DNA of 46,058 nucleotides, the filler included, from Catajapyx aquilonaris (lineage: Eukaryota), in the NCBI GenBank assembly GCA_000934665.2. It is 2 parts of 2 records of this genome, joined end to end, with 100 filler letters (N's around TTAATTAATTAA, not from the genome) between each part and the next. Parts side by side here need not be neighbours in the genome. Positions count along the whole stretch, not along the records: positions 23,096 to 46,058 come from JYFJ02005775.1; 1 more part is not named here. One strand, given 5' to 3'. The position numbers and the translations under genes were made by a program. This document shows positions 23,700-36,200 of this stretch, piece by piece; the first letter of the stretch is position 1; the number at the start of each line of letters is the position of its first letter. A model generated the notes under the pieces. That model ran no database searches. It saw only the letters and a list, made by a program, of their open reading frames with translations, and was not told where the DNA came from.

Positions 23700-24300
23700 G
23701 TTGAACAGCCATCTCTATGCAGCCTTTGGGACATGAAAAAGGCACAGCATCCTCTTGCTTGAAGGCCGCACATCTCTTATGGCATTTGCTTCAGCATGAC
23801 TGTCATTTGTGAGGAACACTTTTGGGGATAAATTCCCACCAAATGCAATGTTGCCGCATGCCTTCAAGTATAATGAAATCCTGCCCTGTAAAAATTATAA
23901 AGGCCATGATATTACTCGGAAGATAGCCTATGTAAGAAAACAGAGAGCCACTCCTGATATGCACAAGACCGTTATGAACTATTTGTGGCTAGTGTAAATA
24001 TGCCTTTCTTTTGAAATGCAAAGTATTTTTTTTAAATCATTATTACACAAGAATAGTAACTTTTACTTGTAGTCTGTTTCTTTCTGGCTTGAGGTAATAA
24101 TGACCCTGAGTGGTACTCCACCTGCAGCACAAAAAGTCAGAAGAAATCTGACAGAAAGTCCTTTCTGAGTCACAGGAAGAAGTGCTATCCATAAAAACAA
24201 TGTCACGGGCAACCGGTAGGGAATGAGCACGTTGGATAATTGGAGTCACTATCACCACAGCAAGGGGTTCTTGACGAAGGGTTCTTAGGATTGATCCCAT
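23700..24300 (-). pseudogene. MULE (Mutator-like) transposase fragment
   Basis: AVVIVTPIIQRAH...IVFMDSTSSCD, and AFGGNLSPKVFLTNDSHAEANAIRDVRPSSKRMLCLFHV (CxxH motif), with stops. Confidence 0.8.
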
Positions 24301-24844
24301 TTTATTCATGCTCAGGAATGTAGGTCATTTTCTGGGCTTCTTTCAATCTTGAGTGACTCGCTTAGGCATTATTCTGTGGTTCTATCCGGATGACCATGCG
24401 GTGGGCTAGTGGCCATGTTGGCGCTGGCTTTTTTCTGGAAACACAGCAGATGTCAGTGACATTTGCAGTTCTTCTAAAAAAATCATCTGACATTATTGGT
24501 GTTTTTGTGTAAGCCTCATGTTTTCATTATGGGATATCATTGTTGACATTCGCTGTTAATGCGTAATATTTTAACCAGGCAAAGAGTAGGCTTGGAAATA
24601 CCCATGGGAAGCATTATTTCGAATTTGATGATTTTTGACATTTGTTGTTTTTGGAAAAAACCCTTCAAATGTTTACTTTCTCGACAAAGTCAAAGGACGA
24701 GAGCACGTTGGCCTCATGTTGGTTGAGACCTTTGGTTGTGCATAAATCATGCGCGAGACTTGTGATACGATTCTTGGTTGTGTTTACTGCTTCCGAACAT
24801 TTTGTCCGCTTGTTAATTTTTGGAGTCAAATATCTTGACTCGGG

Positions 24845-24960
24845 ATGATTCACCAATGCCTCGACTGTTTCATTGCAAAACTGGTATCGGGCTCGGAATT
24901 CTGCTGGCCTGTACTTTTCGAAGGGATTCAACAGGGGTCGGAACTCATTCATGGCCTGCA
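24845..24960 (-). pseudogene. PIF/Harbinger (HARBI1-like) transposase N-terminal fragment
   Basis: NPFEKYRPAEFRARYQFCNETVEAL resembles the Harbinger N-terminal F..RYRF.KETV motif. Confidence 0.55.
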
Positions 24961-25399
24961 ATTTGCACATCCCATATAATAGCACATGTCCAAAAATAAA
25001 TGCTCTTTAACCTGTGTGTAAGTAAACAATGCAAGATATTTCTGCTGCAACAATTCTAATGCTGCACCACACTCAATGAGTTGCCTTCTGTGGTGCAGTG
25101 TTTTCACTTATATCGGAGTGTGTCCAGTGTGGACGGTGCGGGTGTCCACAGAAGCCCCTCCGTCCAAGAGGAGTCTGCACGTCTCAACCATACCACTCCT
25201 GGCAGACCAGTGAAGGGATGATCCTTCCCTCCACGTCCCTTGCGTCCACCTCTTCGTGTCCAGTCGCGTCCAGAAGAGACCGACAGATGTCCACCTTGCT
25301 GACTTGAAAATTGACCTCTATACCAGGTCCCATTTTTGGCAGACCTGGCACACTTAGCCATGCATATGAAGCAAACTTTGCTGAAAATCTTACCGTACG

Positions 25400-25815
25400 T
25401 GGGACTTTTAGCCAAGGTAAAGAGATCTTTGGTAAAGTTTTGCACAACATGGTTTGCACACTGAATATTTTTCAGTAGCAATCCATATGGTATACCGTCT
25501 CCATCCCCAATGAATTTCTTCAACATGAGTCCATAGCCTCCCTTGCGCAATGGAGGAACCCTTCCAGGATGATGTCAGATTCCATCTGCGTGGATGCCCC
25601 CATCCAGTTGCGAAAGCAAGTATGGTCTCCTGGTTCCTCATCTTTGTTTGCCGCTCTGGCGCACACCACACAATACGTGTTTCTCACACCAAGATATAGA
25701 AGTTTCTTGGCATGAAATGACAATGGCGCGTCCGGACTTCGTAGTATACCGATGGTCGTAGGAACGCTGGCACCAACCGCCATCCACAACTGCAGTAGTC
25801 CACGAGTGTGTGGCT
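25400..25815 (-). pseudogene. Arthropod Mutator-like transposase fragment (frameshifted)
   Basis: Across three frames: AVVDGGWCQRSYDHRY; LYLGVRNTYCVVC...HTCFRNWMGASTQMESDIILEGF; KFIGDGDG...IQCANH. Confidence 0.8.
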
Positions 25816-27069
25816 TCATTCCATAACATCCGCCATTCTCTCTCGAAAAGATAATGTACTGATCATGATAATGTAAGTTAATAATATATTCATGGGGAGG
25901 AGAGAGAATAAAATTACGACATTATTCATTGTTGTGCCTAAATATTGCTGTTTTCTGTACACAAGAAAGCTGCTGTGAAGGGTAATGTTTATCAAGACTA
26001 ATTGCAATTATTCAAGGCGGGAGAGACTTGTCTTTATCGTATGAAAATGTAACTATTTATGGATGTGTATGGTGTAATGGTATGTGATGCACGTCCTTTA
26101 TTGAATGGGATACATTCCAGCATATTTGCATTGAAATGGATTGTAATTGAAATATTCGCAAATGTGTAGCCTTAACACAACATGATTATGCCAAAACTAT
26201 AATCTAGTTAGGAGGGAATTGACTGACACCATGGTTATTATTTAAAGAATAATCTGAAGTATATAACCTGAAGAAATTAACAAGCAAATGTGCACAAATT
26301 AATTTCAATATGTACATGAAAATTTATGATGTCCTCTTGACCATTCAATTTCGAAAATATTTTAACAATGGATAACCCCAAATAAGTACTTGGCGCAACA
26401 TTGCACTTACACGCGATAAAATTATTGAAGTTACCTAGATGTTTTTGAAGGTATTTCTACACATTTCATTTATTGTAAATGTAAATTGGAGAGAGGATAT
26501 CTCAGCTACCTCAATATCCATACTGCACCTAGTGTGTAATTCATATTGTGCTATAATAAATGCAATTGCCAATTGTAACTTATAAATTTTCAGTTGTGAC
26601 TTAACTAGTGCTTCTGCTTTGGGCCATCAAGAGAACCTACCAAGACTGCAAGGACTCACAAATGGGCATAACATTATTTTATTGCAAACATGAAACTGAA
26701 ATAAACCATGTATATTTACATATCATAATGTCATATTCTTTGTATTCACCAATCTTGTCATCAGCAACTCAAGAATTGGCTGCTCATATTGATTCTGTAC
26801 AGCTTAGTTTAGCCAGTTGAACAAAATAACCATTATTGCTCCACACACTTAGAAATGTTTAGTCGAAAACGACTCAAATTTAATCAAAAATGTCTAAGGC
26901 ATGTATTGAAAATAGCCCCGAATAAACATTTAGGCATTTTGACTAATTTAGTCAGAAATGACTAAAGTAAATGTCACCCTTGCACATGTGTCAGCAATGT
27001 CATTCACCACCAGCATGCTCAGGAACAGAATGCCAAGATTTTCTGCTGCTCACTTCATTTGTCCAAATA

Positions 27070-27339
27070 ATCTTCGATGGTACTGCTGTGGGGTGGAGAC
27101 TTTTTTTTAGCGTACGGCAATCCTGCGATGTCTAGATGTTCACTTTCCACAAAATGCACAGAACAAACCTTTTGTGTGTTTGGAAATCCGGAAGTGTGGT
27201 CCCACATCACGCTTTATCCTCAAAACCCACTGTTTTGACAGCAGCTGTTAGTCACCTCACGTTATGGGAATGAATGAAAGGACACACCGGATTTGTCTCT
27301 TGACTCATTATTGCAATCATGAACACAGCAGTGGGGCAT
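27070..27339 (-). pseudogene. THAP zinc-finger domain remnant
   Basis: MPHCCVHDCNNESRDKSGVSFHSFP*...KQWVLRIKRDVGPHFRISKHTK/VCSVHF...AVP is the C2CH THAP signature, with a stop and frameshifts. Not in the ORF track. Confidence 0.8.
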
Positions 27340-27919
27340 TGTCCGAATGTGTTTGGTACTAGTACTGTGCACCTGAAATGCAAAGAAAGTGTGTTAATAA
27401 TGTCCTGGATGAGAAAATGGAAAGGTCTGCCTACCTCATTCACAGTGCTTCATTTCGTCAACTCTGGGGCGGACTCCTCAGCAGCCTTCATGCTGCCTCT
27501 GGACCGGAGCTCCCCTCTCGACCTCTGGGGACAGACTCAAAGACTGCCTGCTGTAATAGTATCTCGATTTCCCCCAGTTTTCAGCTATCTTAATTGCTGC
27601 CAGCTCAGCCGCACCCCTGCTGACTCAATGTCTTCTGCTTGAATTCCTCAAATCACTCGTCCTGGACTTGTCACCTCAGCCCTGCCCTTATTGTTGCTCA
27701 TCTTCCGCAGTCCCTGATTTTTGGGTTATTTCACTATTCCAAGAAGGCATGGAGGCGGTCTTCTCTCAATGCGGGCATTGCACCCCTGCTTGATGTGCTT
27801 CTCGTAAGCCCCTTTTGAAATGTACTCCTGCAAACAAGTGCAATTTTCGTAAGATACATTATCACTCGCGCCCAACTCGGAAGTCTGGATACATGGGATA
27901 CATTGGATTGGACTGTTAG

Positions 27920-28602
27920 TTGGCTGTTGTGCCAGCTTAGTGAGATTACCAGACCACATTGCTTCATCTGACATATGCCTCTCGTGCACACTCCTCCCAT
28001 AAGTTCCCATGTCGGGTGTTAGCATTACCTGCAAGATGCCCATGCCAAGTTGAATTAACTTTATTTTCCCAGTTAGCCCCCTCCCTCTACCCATAGGTAA
28101 ATATCTGGTAGCAAATAGAGCCTGTGATGCACATCCTTCGTGTCTCCTTCCACTGTTCCTTTTTCTGGTCCGGAGTATTCTGGCATACCGACATGACTTC
28201 TTGTCAAAATTGTTCAGTACCCCATCACTATTAATATTTGCAGCTAATGTGTTGCCTACCGTTCCGATGTGCTCTATGTTGTTATTGTTTATATGTTGGT
28301 ACAGAAAAACAATCTCGGGTTGAGCAGCTGTCATGTTGGAATGGTCCAACAACAGTTCACCATCTACTAGCCGACCCTGTTCATGCGGAGTTATGGCAGA
28401 GTCAGGACAGCATTTCAACAGTTTGTTTTTGAACTGCTGCAGAAGTTCTGCTGGTGCTGGCTGTGGCCTACTCCTTTTTGAAACGTGACACAAATCTTGG
28501 ACAACTGTTGTTTTATACATGTGGACACTTTCCCCCTTCATTTTTGCCCACATTCTTTCAATGTCGGTTGTGCTGAAATCCTCTAACGCTGTAATGGTCA
28601 AC
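27920..28602 (-). pseudogene. Transposon-associated YqaJ-like (lambda exonuclease family) protein fragment, N-terminal part
   Basis: LEDFSTTDIERMW (segment typically following a SWIM finger), then in a shifted frame CQNTPDQKKEQWKETRRMCITGSICYQI and KQCGLVIS. Confidence 0.6.
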
Positions 28603-29139
28603 CTGTGTAAAAAATAATAAATAATAAAAAATAATTCAGAGGTAGAATCTGACAATTCATATTTCTTCTTCCTAATTAGAGGCTATAAATTCAAATATGA
28701 TAAGCCTGAAGTGATGGCCTAATAAACAGAAATATATTGACACATTATCCTGCCTGTGCTCAGTTACTGTGACCCTAACTGAAACTTCACCAAGAACGGA
28801 GGGATGCATACCAGTCATGTCAGAAATAGTCCCTTATGCCATTAACACATGCAGAATGCATTCCTGTAGCGCCTAGTTCCAGGTTGTCTAATTTTATGGC
28901 GAGGCATTGTTGACCGCTATGGTACCCTACATATAGAAAAATACCATTGCAACCCAATGTTAGCCTTCAGGTTGTAAGCTTCTTCCTATTTTGACTGGGT
29001 TGTGTAACTTTGACCACTGGTCAAAGATACCCCACAGTTGATTGAACAATGACAGGGTTGTAATTGTTATTCTCTAACTCCCATATGCTACAGTTTTAAG
29101 GAAACCAATCAATACCAATGTGATAAGTGATAAATTCCA

Positions 29140-29545
29140 AACCTGCCGGTCACTTGCACACAGCCGTAAGCCTGACTGCCACACATATTGCCTTGTGCCT
29201 TACACTGGCATTTCAGTGTCTCAATGAGCTCTGAAGGAGCTGGGTCACCATTATCAATTACAGGAACGGGGATTCCATCCTTCATATTTCACCCATATCG
29301 AGTTATATATCCTCTGATTCATATGAGGGTGCATTCTGGTTACAAGCTTTCCGCAGCATAAACCTGAAGATGGGCTCGAAGAACATCCTGCAACAAGTTA
29401 GAGGATGTTGGTGGTAAGGCCATGACTTTGGGACATTTCTTGTTAGTGAATATCTTGAATCTAGCAGATTCCAGTGATGTCGTAGGAGATTTACTGTATC
29501 AAGCGATGAAATAGGTTATAGCTGCCTCCATTAGATCATCTGATG
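29140..29545 (-). pseudogene. Academ-like transposase C-terminal fragment (LPPT motif + Cys-rich finger)
   Basis: SLESARFKIF...MALPPTSSNLLQDVLRAHLQV...GWNPVPVIDNGDPAPSELIETLKCQCKAQGNMC. Confidence 0.6.
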
Positions 29546-29599
29546 TAGCGCCAACGACATTCTTGTATTTTCATGTCAAAGTATTTGTCGAAAATGTCC

Positions 29600-31180
29600 A
29601 CATCTCCAGCATCCAGAATTTATTTCATCCAATCCCCCCCCCCTCCCCACCAGGTCAACCCTTCTTTTATTTCCCATGTCAACAGTATCTTCAAGGCTGA
29701 GCAATGCAGTGAGCATCTCAGCACCTGACACATTGCTGCCCCTTGGAGGCTTGATCCGTGAGTTAGCCGAGAGGAGTCTGTACAGCTGGATAAATTGTGT
29801 AGGGTCTGGGTGATGGTTAGATCCACATGATTCCCGCATATTTCATAAGCAGTGGTGCTAGTAATGATGTGAGAATAAGTAGGGGAAGCTCTTGTACCTT
29901 GGGACATTTTTACATTTAAAATTTTAAACTTTGGCAATATCCGTTACTAGTCCTTTATGAGGCAGTGGATAAAGCACATACAGGGTGATCCGAAAGTTTC
30001 TCCCCCCATATTTGATGAGATTTCTCAGTAAGTACACATATTTATTTACTAAAAACAGATACAAATGGTCTATGGGATTAGTATTTAGTATGTCCACCAT
30101 TGTTTGCTAAGCATTCTTGTATTCTTTTTGGGAAACTCTCGATCAAATGAGTTGCGTACTCCTGGGTGATAGAAGCCCATTCTTCTTTTACACGGGAAAT
30201 CAATTGTTCACGTTTTCTTGGTCGCGGCTAGACTTAAAAACACTCTCCTGAAGGATGACCCAGACATGTTCTATGACATTAAGATCAGGAGAATTTCCAG
30301 GCCAGTCTTCCCATACATTATGAAGTTTTCCTTGATGGCACTCATTGTCATCCTTGCCGTGTGTGCTCGTGCTCCATCTTGCATGAGGACACTGAAGCGA
30401 GGCTTTGGAAACTGATGTGGGTCATCCATGGTCATCTTCAAGACTGGCAGGATTTCATTCCTGTAATATTCACCATTCAGTTTCCTTGGGTGCCACAATA
30501 TGCAGGTCCGTTTTTCCATACCGTGATATTCCACCTGCAACCATGATCTTGAGGGGAAATTTTGGGCAGGTTACAGGAGAGATGGTTGATGGATCTGATG
30601 TCCTGATTTTTCGATTTTGCGAGTTGGGCTTTGGTTGCAGTTCCACTGGAGATTCATCAGTGAAAAGGATGTGTGCACGCTTGATTCTCCCGGCAGCGTT
30701 GTCATCAGCGTACCCTTCCTTCACCATCCGCTGGCAAAATTTTATATGGTCATCAATGTTCTTCTGACTGAGAGGTGGTTTTACAGGTTGCTTGGGTGGC
30801 ATCCAGTATAACATCCTTGTCTTCAGAGATGGAATTGAGGCCACAAGTGTTGTGGAGATACTCCACCAGCCCAAGCGTACCCTCAAGAGTAACCAAAAGA
30901 CCCAGTTGTGTCTGGTGTCCCTTTCGCTTCTTTGCAATCTCTTTGCCACTGCCACAGATACTCACTGAATTCTTGGATGGACTGGAAATGGACCACAATT
31001 CATTGGAAACATAGTCCAACATAAGGTAAATCCACCTAAGTTGTAGTTCCTGGAATTCATTGCGTCACTCAGCTTATTTATTCGCTCAATGAAAGCAATG
31101 TTTGGTTCACAGCCTTCAAAACCTTCAGTTTGCCTTTGAAGAAAACGCTGCATGGTGCGTGCAACCTTGCCACTGAAGAA
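29600..31180 (-). pseudogene. P-element/THAP9-like transposase fragments, interrupted by a Tc1 fragment
   Basis: FFSGKVARTMQRF..GFEGCEPNIAFIERINKLSDAMNSR; TQLGLLVTLEGTLGLVEYLHNTCG; RESCGSNHHPDPTQFIQLYRLLSANSRIKPPRGSNV. Confidence 0.85.
29981..30815 (-). mobile_element. Tc1-like (DDE) transposon, 5'-truncated, retaining one TIR
   Basis: ILFTDES ... LMQDGARAHTA ... WPGNSPDLNVIEHVW ... RIQECLANNGGHTKY* (stop 30078-30080). TA|CAGGGTGATCCG end at 29981. Confidence 0.88.
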
Positions 31181-31298
31181 CTACAAGGAGATGTAATAAC
31201 CGAAATGAATATTTTCATGAGCAAGCTAGAAATTGTCCCTGAATTCACAGATTTTTATTGGGGCTACCTGGTGCATTGGATTGCTTGCTACTTGCTAT

Positions 31299-31850
31299 CA
31301 GGCCCGTAGCCAGACGTTTTGGTCTGGGGGCGCAAAAGAAATTCTGGGGTGGCCCCTCCCCGTCTCTGAATCTCTCGTGTAGTTCCTCCAGCGTTTGATC
31401 CATGGTGGGTGGGGGAACAACTGGATTTCTGTCCCGAAGAAAAAAAATAATCTTTCGCTGCAGAGCAGTTGAACTCCCGGTAGACGTGATGAAATTACCT
31501 TTTCACTGTCATCAGTGCCTTCCCCTACTGCTGCTCTTGATCCAATGCTGCACAGCAGAATGGAATTGCTGAATCTGTGGCTGAGTTTTACGATTGTCTT
31601 TTTTCCACATATCGCAGATGTATCAGCGGACGTGTTTCCTTAATCTTCGGCTTCACAAACTTTCTTGTAAGCGTCAGTGGCAGTACGCGAAATGTCTTGA
31701 AATGCGCTGTCACATCTCAAACTTATCAGCGCTTCTTCAGTCGGACGAAACAAAGCAACAACCTTGGAGAGATCAGCATCCTTTGCTTGAAGTTGCTGAT
31801 TCGCTGGCTTCAATGTTCCTAATATCACTCGCATCATTTCCGCTGTGGTC
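31299..31850 (-). pseudogene. hAT (ZMYM1/TTF-type) transposase fragment next to a hAT-like terminus
   Basis: ILGTLKPANQQLQAKDADLSKVVALF...LISLRCDSAFQDISRTA. hAT-like end CAGGCCCGTAGCCAG at 31299. Confidence 0.6.
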
Positions 31851-32019
31851 TTCTAGACTACTAATAGAATAAATAGATAATTCCTCACACCAGGACAAGC
31901 CAATGTGGGCCACTGTTTTGTAACAGTAAAAAATCCGCAGTGAAAAGTTTAAAATAATACTCAACGCTCCCCCAAAAATGCAGTGACTCTCTCGATCGCT
32001 CTCTCTCTCTCTCATCGTC

Positions 32020-32200
32020 ATTGTCTCCGTCCAGATATCAGTTGTAAGCACAATGCTTCAGCATGATTTGAGAATGTCTCCAACCTTTGCCTTCAGCATG
32101 GCATGTTTGGCTTCAAGCATTTTTGTAGTGGTCTTCTCACGTGGCAGTTGGTACAATGGATTTAACTTCTTCACAAAAGTTTTAAACCCCCTCTTATCTT
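32020..32200 (-). pseudogene. hAT (Ac/ZBED-type) transposase fragment
   Basis: GFKTFVKKLNPLYQLPREKTTTKMLEAKHAMLKAKVGDILKSC*SIVLTTDIWT (first catalytic D motif). Confidence 0.8.
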
Positions 32201-32209
32201 TTCAGGTAC

Positions 32210-32900
32210 AAGTAAACTCATGAATGCAGATAGAACATGCTGAGCACCTTTGTTGGGATGCACAAATCGCCCGTGTTTATTCAGTGAAATACTCTGCGCC
32301 TGAAAGTGAAAGTACCACGTTCTGCATATTTCCATAATTACTAATAGTACACTTATATGATCTTGCCTTTAGTGAGTTTGACCAGCAGTTCCACTCCGCA
32401 CGCATCCGCCATGTCCATAAGCCCATCAGTGAGTTTGTCAATTCAGCGGCTGTGAATCCCATGCAGATAGGAGTACTTGAGGATCTTATGGGGTGCGTTA
32501 GTATTTGCTTCTGCTCCATATGTATGGCAATAAGACTATTCTTGCTCCAAAACGGCCAGCAAAAAGTTGTAAGTTTTTTTTTGCAGAATCTCCAAATTCC
32601 TTATCATGTGAAGTTTACCTTGCCAAGCCCTCCCCATATGCTTCCATGCACGAAAGCAAGAAAAAGAATTGAATCTCTAGCTAGGGCCTGTTCTTCCTTG
32701 TCACTGAGGCACCAGGCACCTGCGATATTTTCATGAAACACATCTCGTACAACAACAAATATTACCTGGAAATCATAACTGTTAGTCCCATGCGTGGAGT
32801 CAAGAAATATGACCTTAACCCGGTGCGATGTTGGAATTATTAGATTGGATGACAAGAATGAAATAGTCATTCGTTTTCAAGTCATTGATATTAGTACCCT
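32210..32900 (-). pseudogene. MULE transposase fragment with SWIM remnant
   Basis: VIFLDSTHGTNSYDFQVIFVVVRD...AWCLSDKE; HMGRAWQGKL; HKILKYSYLHG; degenerate Cys/His C-terminus. Confidence 0.8.
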
Positions 32901-33944
32901 GTTTTCCACATTGAAACTTTGCAGGAACATTAGCTGGCTGTCTCCACACCATATTGAGGCACAGCTTTGTTGGTTTAGGCAGTTTCCTTGAAACATTGGG
33001 GCCCATCACCAAGATGGATTCGCTTGACAGCCAAATTGAAGTGGCAAGTCTGTCAGATCTTGGGAACGAGCACTGCATTTTTAGATGGTTCTGGGAGTCC
33101 TAATTCTCGTCGGTATTTGCTTTACCGAGTTTTTCTTGAACATACAAGTGTCAAAAAAGTTCGCGTTTTTTACAGTTTTCTTATTATATGAGACGCCTAA
33201 AACCCAGTAGAGGGCAAACCATATCACGATTTCTGTGATGCCTTCTTCACGCACACTAACTCGACTCCATCGAGGTAAAGCGTGAAAGTGCTATCTGCAT
33301 CAAATAGTTGGTGGGTGTAGCAATGGTCACTGCCAGATATGGATATCTCCCGTCGGATGGTAAAACCCTATATTTGAGTTTTCAGCAACTTTTCAGGAAA
33401 AAATATTTTCATACAAACCCTTCCCGTTCGGTTCCTATAACAGTTGTAACGAGTATGATAAGTGTCATGGGGTACTTTTAAATGCTGAATCCAATCATTT
33501 GGACGAAATCTCGCTGAAAGCAGTAGTTTGACCTCAGTGGAGTATATATTGTTTTACCATCTTGCTTATTGAAGTCACATTTTGGTAAAACACCATATAT
33601 ACCATTTGTTCTGTTTTACCATCGTGCATTTCAGTTAACTTAATATGCCGGAACATGTCAAACTGCACAATACACATCGTATAATCACCTGTAGTCCTGC
33701 TTTACACTTTCGCATCACTTACAGCACGTCTAGGGATGTACTGGAGGAATAATAATCACCATGAAGCAATAAATAGCATAAGCCGTGTTAAGGTTTGAAG
33801 AGTCTGGACATTGCAGCCATTTTATTTCTGTATAATTTATACACCCCCTCACAAAGGCCAAGACTGACGTATGAATATTGTGATCATTGCCAGTTCGTTT
33901 ATTCGCAATGATTCCCCAGGTCAGTGCTCTCCTCGCTTTCAGGA

Positions 33945-35600
33945 AGAGACATCCAAAACTGCCTCCTGGTTTCAGGCAAAGTTTTTGAACTATTTTGTTC
34001 TTCTAGGCAGCGTTGATGCCTCTAGGAATATTCTTTGTTGTGGATGGAAAGCAAGGGCGACGGTTCTTCTTCATGGCATCAACGCGAGTAAGGACACTAT
34101 AGTCCTTGTCGTAAAAGCTGGTTTTGTACCTCAATGAGAATGAATGTCGCTGAAAGGTGATTTCGCACATAGACGACAAAAGTGGCATAGCGTCGAGTCG
34201 TGTCGTTCTTTCCTTTTCTGACTCTAAATGTACTTTCAAAATTGTACATCTCTTTGGCCGTGAGCATGACAGCACTGCAACCTACTGCAGACTCCTTGCA
34301 CACATTGCAGACGCTGCGTCTCCATCTCTTCTAGCTGGACACCAGGGGGGAGAAGAACTGGGTCAGCCCCACCCCCTGGTATGTGGGACGTCACAATGTA
34401 GCCAAAGTATCCATCTATACAGTAACATTGACCACAAAAGAAGATTGGGATTTTTTAAATCAAGTTTTATTAAAGGCACATAGGCACATTATGTATTCCA
34501 TCTGGTAGCCTTCCAACTCATTTTGCTTGAACCTTACGCCCCTCTTTGGACTGTCAGGCTTGCTCGGGCGTGTGACAGGTTTCTCGTGCACATAAACAGT
34601 GGGTATGGAGTTCAAGACAGTATTTCCAAATGAAAGTAAGGTTTTAGGGCCGTTTTCTCGAACAGTGGTTCAAATGTAAACCGGGTTCAAAGCCAGTTTA
34701 ATCCCTGATTTGATTGTTGTTAGGCTGTTGTCAAGGGTTTAAACCGGCTTTGAACCGGGTTTACATTTGAACCACTGTTCGAGAAAACGGCCCTAAGGGG
34801 ATTATAGAAAGGTAGGAACGGGCATAGGTCAGCCGGGTGTTGGCTCAACCCATAGGCCGGGCCAGTGGTCCTCTCAGCAGGGGAGGACCTAAAGGCCACC
34901 TACGGAAAGCATGATGGGACAACGCAGAAAGAAAAATCACATGACAATGCCATATTCCAATACGCTGGGTCGAGATGTGTGGTAACATAAAACGGAGGGA
35001 TGAGTCCAGAGCAGTGTAACAATTTAACCGATCGAGGGGTTAAAGTAAAGTGGTCACAGGAGCAATGAATATTGGCACTTGCCTATGTCACCTGTGTGAT
35101 CTGCCAGAGAGAGTACTTCACGGTTGAGGTTTTTGGTACGGCTGTAATGGCTTTCACGCGCTGGCAACTCTTAAATGAAATTCCTAATTCTGTGCCGACA
35201 CTCTTAGCTTGTTTTATTGGCCGGTTCGTGGTGTCCACGAAGATCATCCAAGCCTTGTCGGAATGACTCACTTTCTTGCTGAGCCGATTTTTCTTGATTC
35301 CATGCGGGCATATAAAGGCCTTCTGGGAGACATACACCTCCCTTGCTTTCAAAGGTATGTAATATAAGAACGTCCATTGTCGCTCACTTAGTGCATTTTT
35401 TTTTTTTGCGAGGACGCCTTTGTGCAACCTATGTAAGAAAATTAACATTTTGTACCCACCATGTTCCCATTTTAGTGTTTCCCAAAAGATATTTTGCTCA
35501 CTTTCTTTTGCTTTATACAGCCTTGCAGGTATACATTTTGCATCTGATGGTCTCCCATCCGTTTAAATTTTTCAAAAATGTCAATTTTTTTTTTACAGGA
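33945..35600 (-). pseudogene. Two collinear fragments (35280-35600 N-terminal; 33945-34260 C-terminal) of a Sola-like DNA transposase
   Basis: IFEKFKRMGDHQMQNVYLQGCI...RQWTFLYYI...VSQKAFICPHGIKKNRL, and FQRHSFSLRYKTSF...PRGINAA*KNKIVQKLC. Family assignment is from memory and tentative. Confidence 0.5.
34647..34793. mobile_element. PIF/Harbinger-type hairpin MITE
   Basis: TTA|GGGCCGTTTTCTCGAACAGTGGTTCAAATGTAAACC ... GGTTTACATTTGAACCACTGTTCGAGAAAACGGCCC|TAA. Confidence 0.88.
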
Positions 35601-35994
35601 AAACTTGACAGCACTTAACAGCGGCATTGAAAATCTCTCACTGTGTTGGTACGGGTCCTTAGTCGTAAAACGGGTTTCGTTCGCACAACAGTGTAGGGTC
35701 GTAAAACCGCTGCTCGGATATGATTTCACACGTAACCCTAAGATGCCCCCCCGCCTCGCAAAGCGAGTCACGTCATAAAACTGCACAGTACCCACAAAGG
35801 CAACTAACCTTCTTATCCATGATGGTCTTTGCATCCTGTTCATTGACGAATGTGACGGTCGCGAAATTGTATTAGTGTGCACAGAAACACACGTAACCAT
35901 ATGTTGTGTACCCAAAAGCAGCCCGCTACACTGTGTATGCATGAAAGCACACGCAACCAGGGGAAAGTGGATGATGATGATGATAATAATCTCA

Positions 35995-36200
35995 CATGGT
36001 CATGTGCTTCTACGGCTACAGTCAGCAGTTGGTTGAACATTGAAGGTACTGTCTGGAAGGTTCCATCAACATGAAGTTGGCCATTGCCCTGCATGGCACC
36101 TTTCACAATCCTTGTGGATTGAAAAATTACGGCTGTTACAGTGCCATTATTCTCAGTGGCTGCCAGAAAGAAGCGATATTGTGGTAGTTCTCGCAATTTG
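35995..36200 (-). pseudogene. MULE transposase fragment (first catalytic D)
   Basis: AVIFQS...QLHVDGTFQTVPSMFNQLLTV. Confidence 0.85.

Noticed and set aside
27726..28655. 309-aa ORF as an intact gene
   Set aside because: It has no true ATG start and begins in intron-like sequence. The YqaJ motifs fall in different frames, so it is a frameshifted TE relic.
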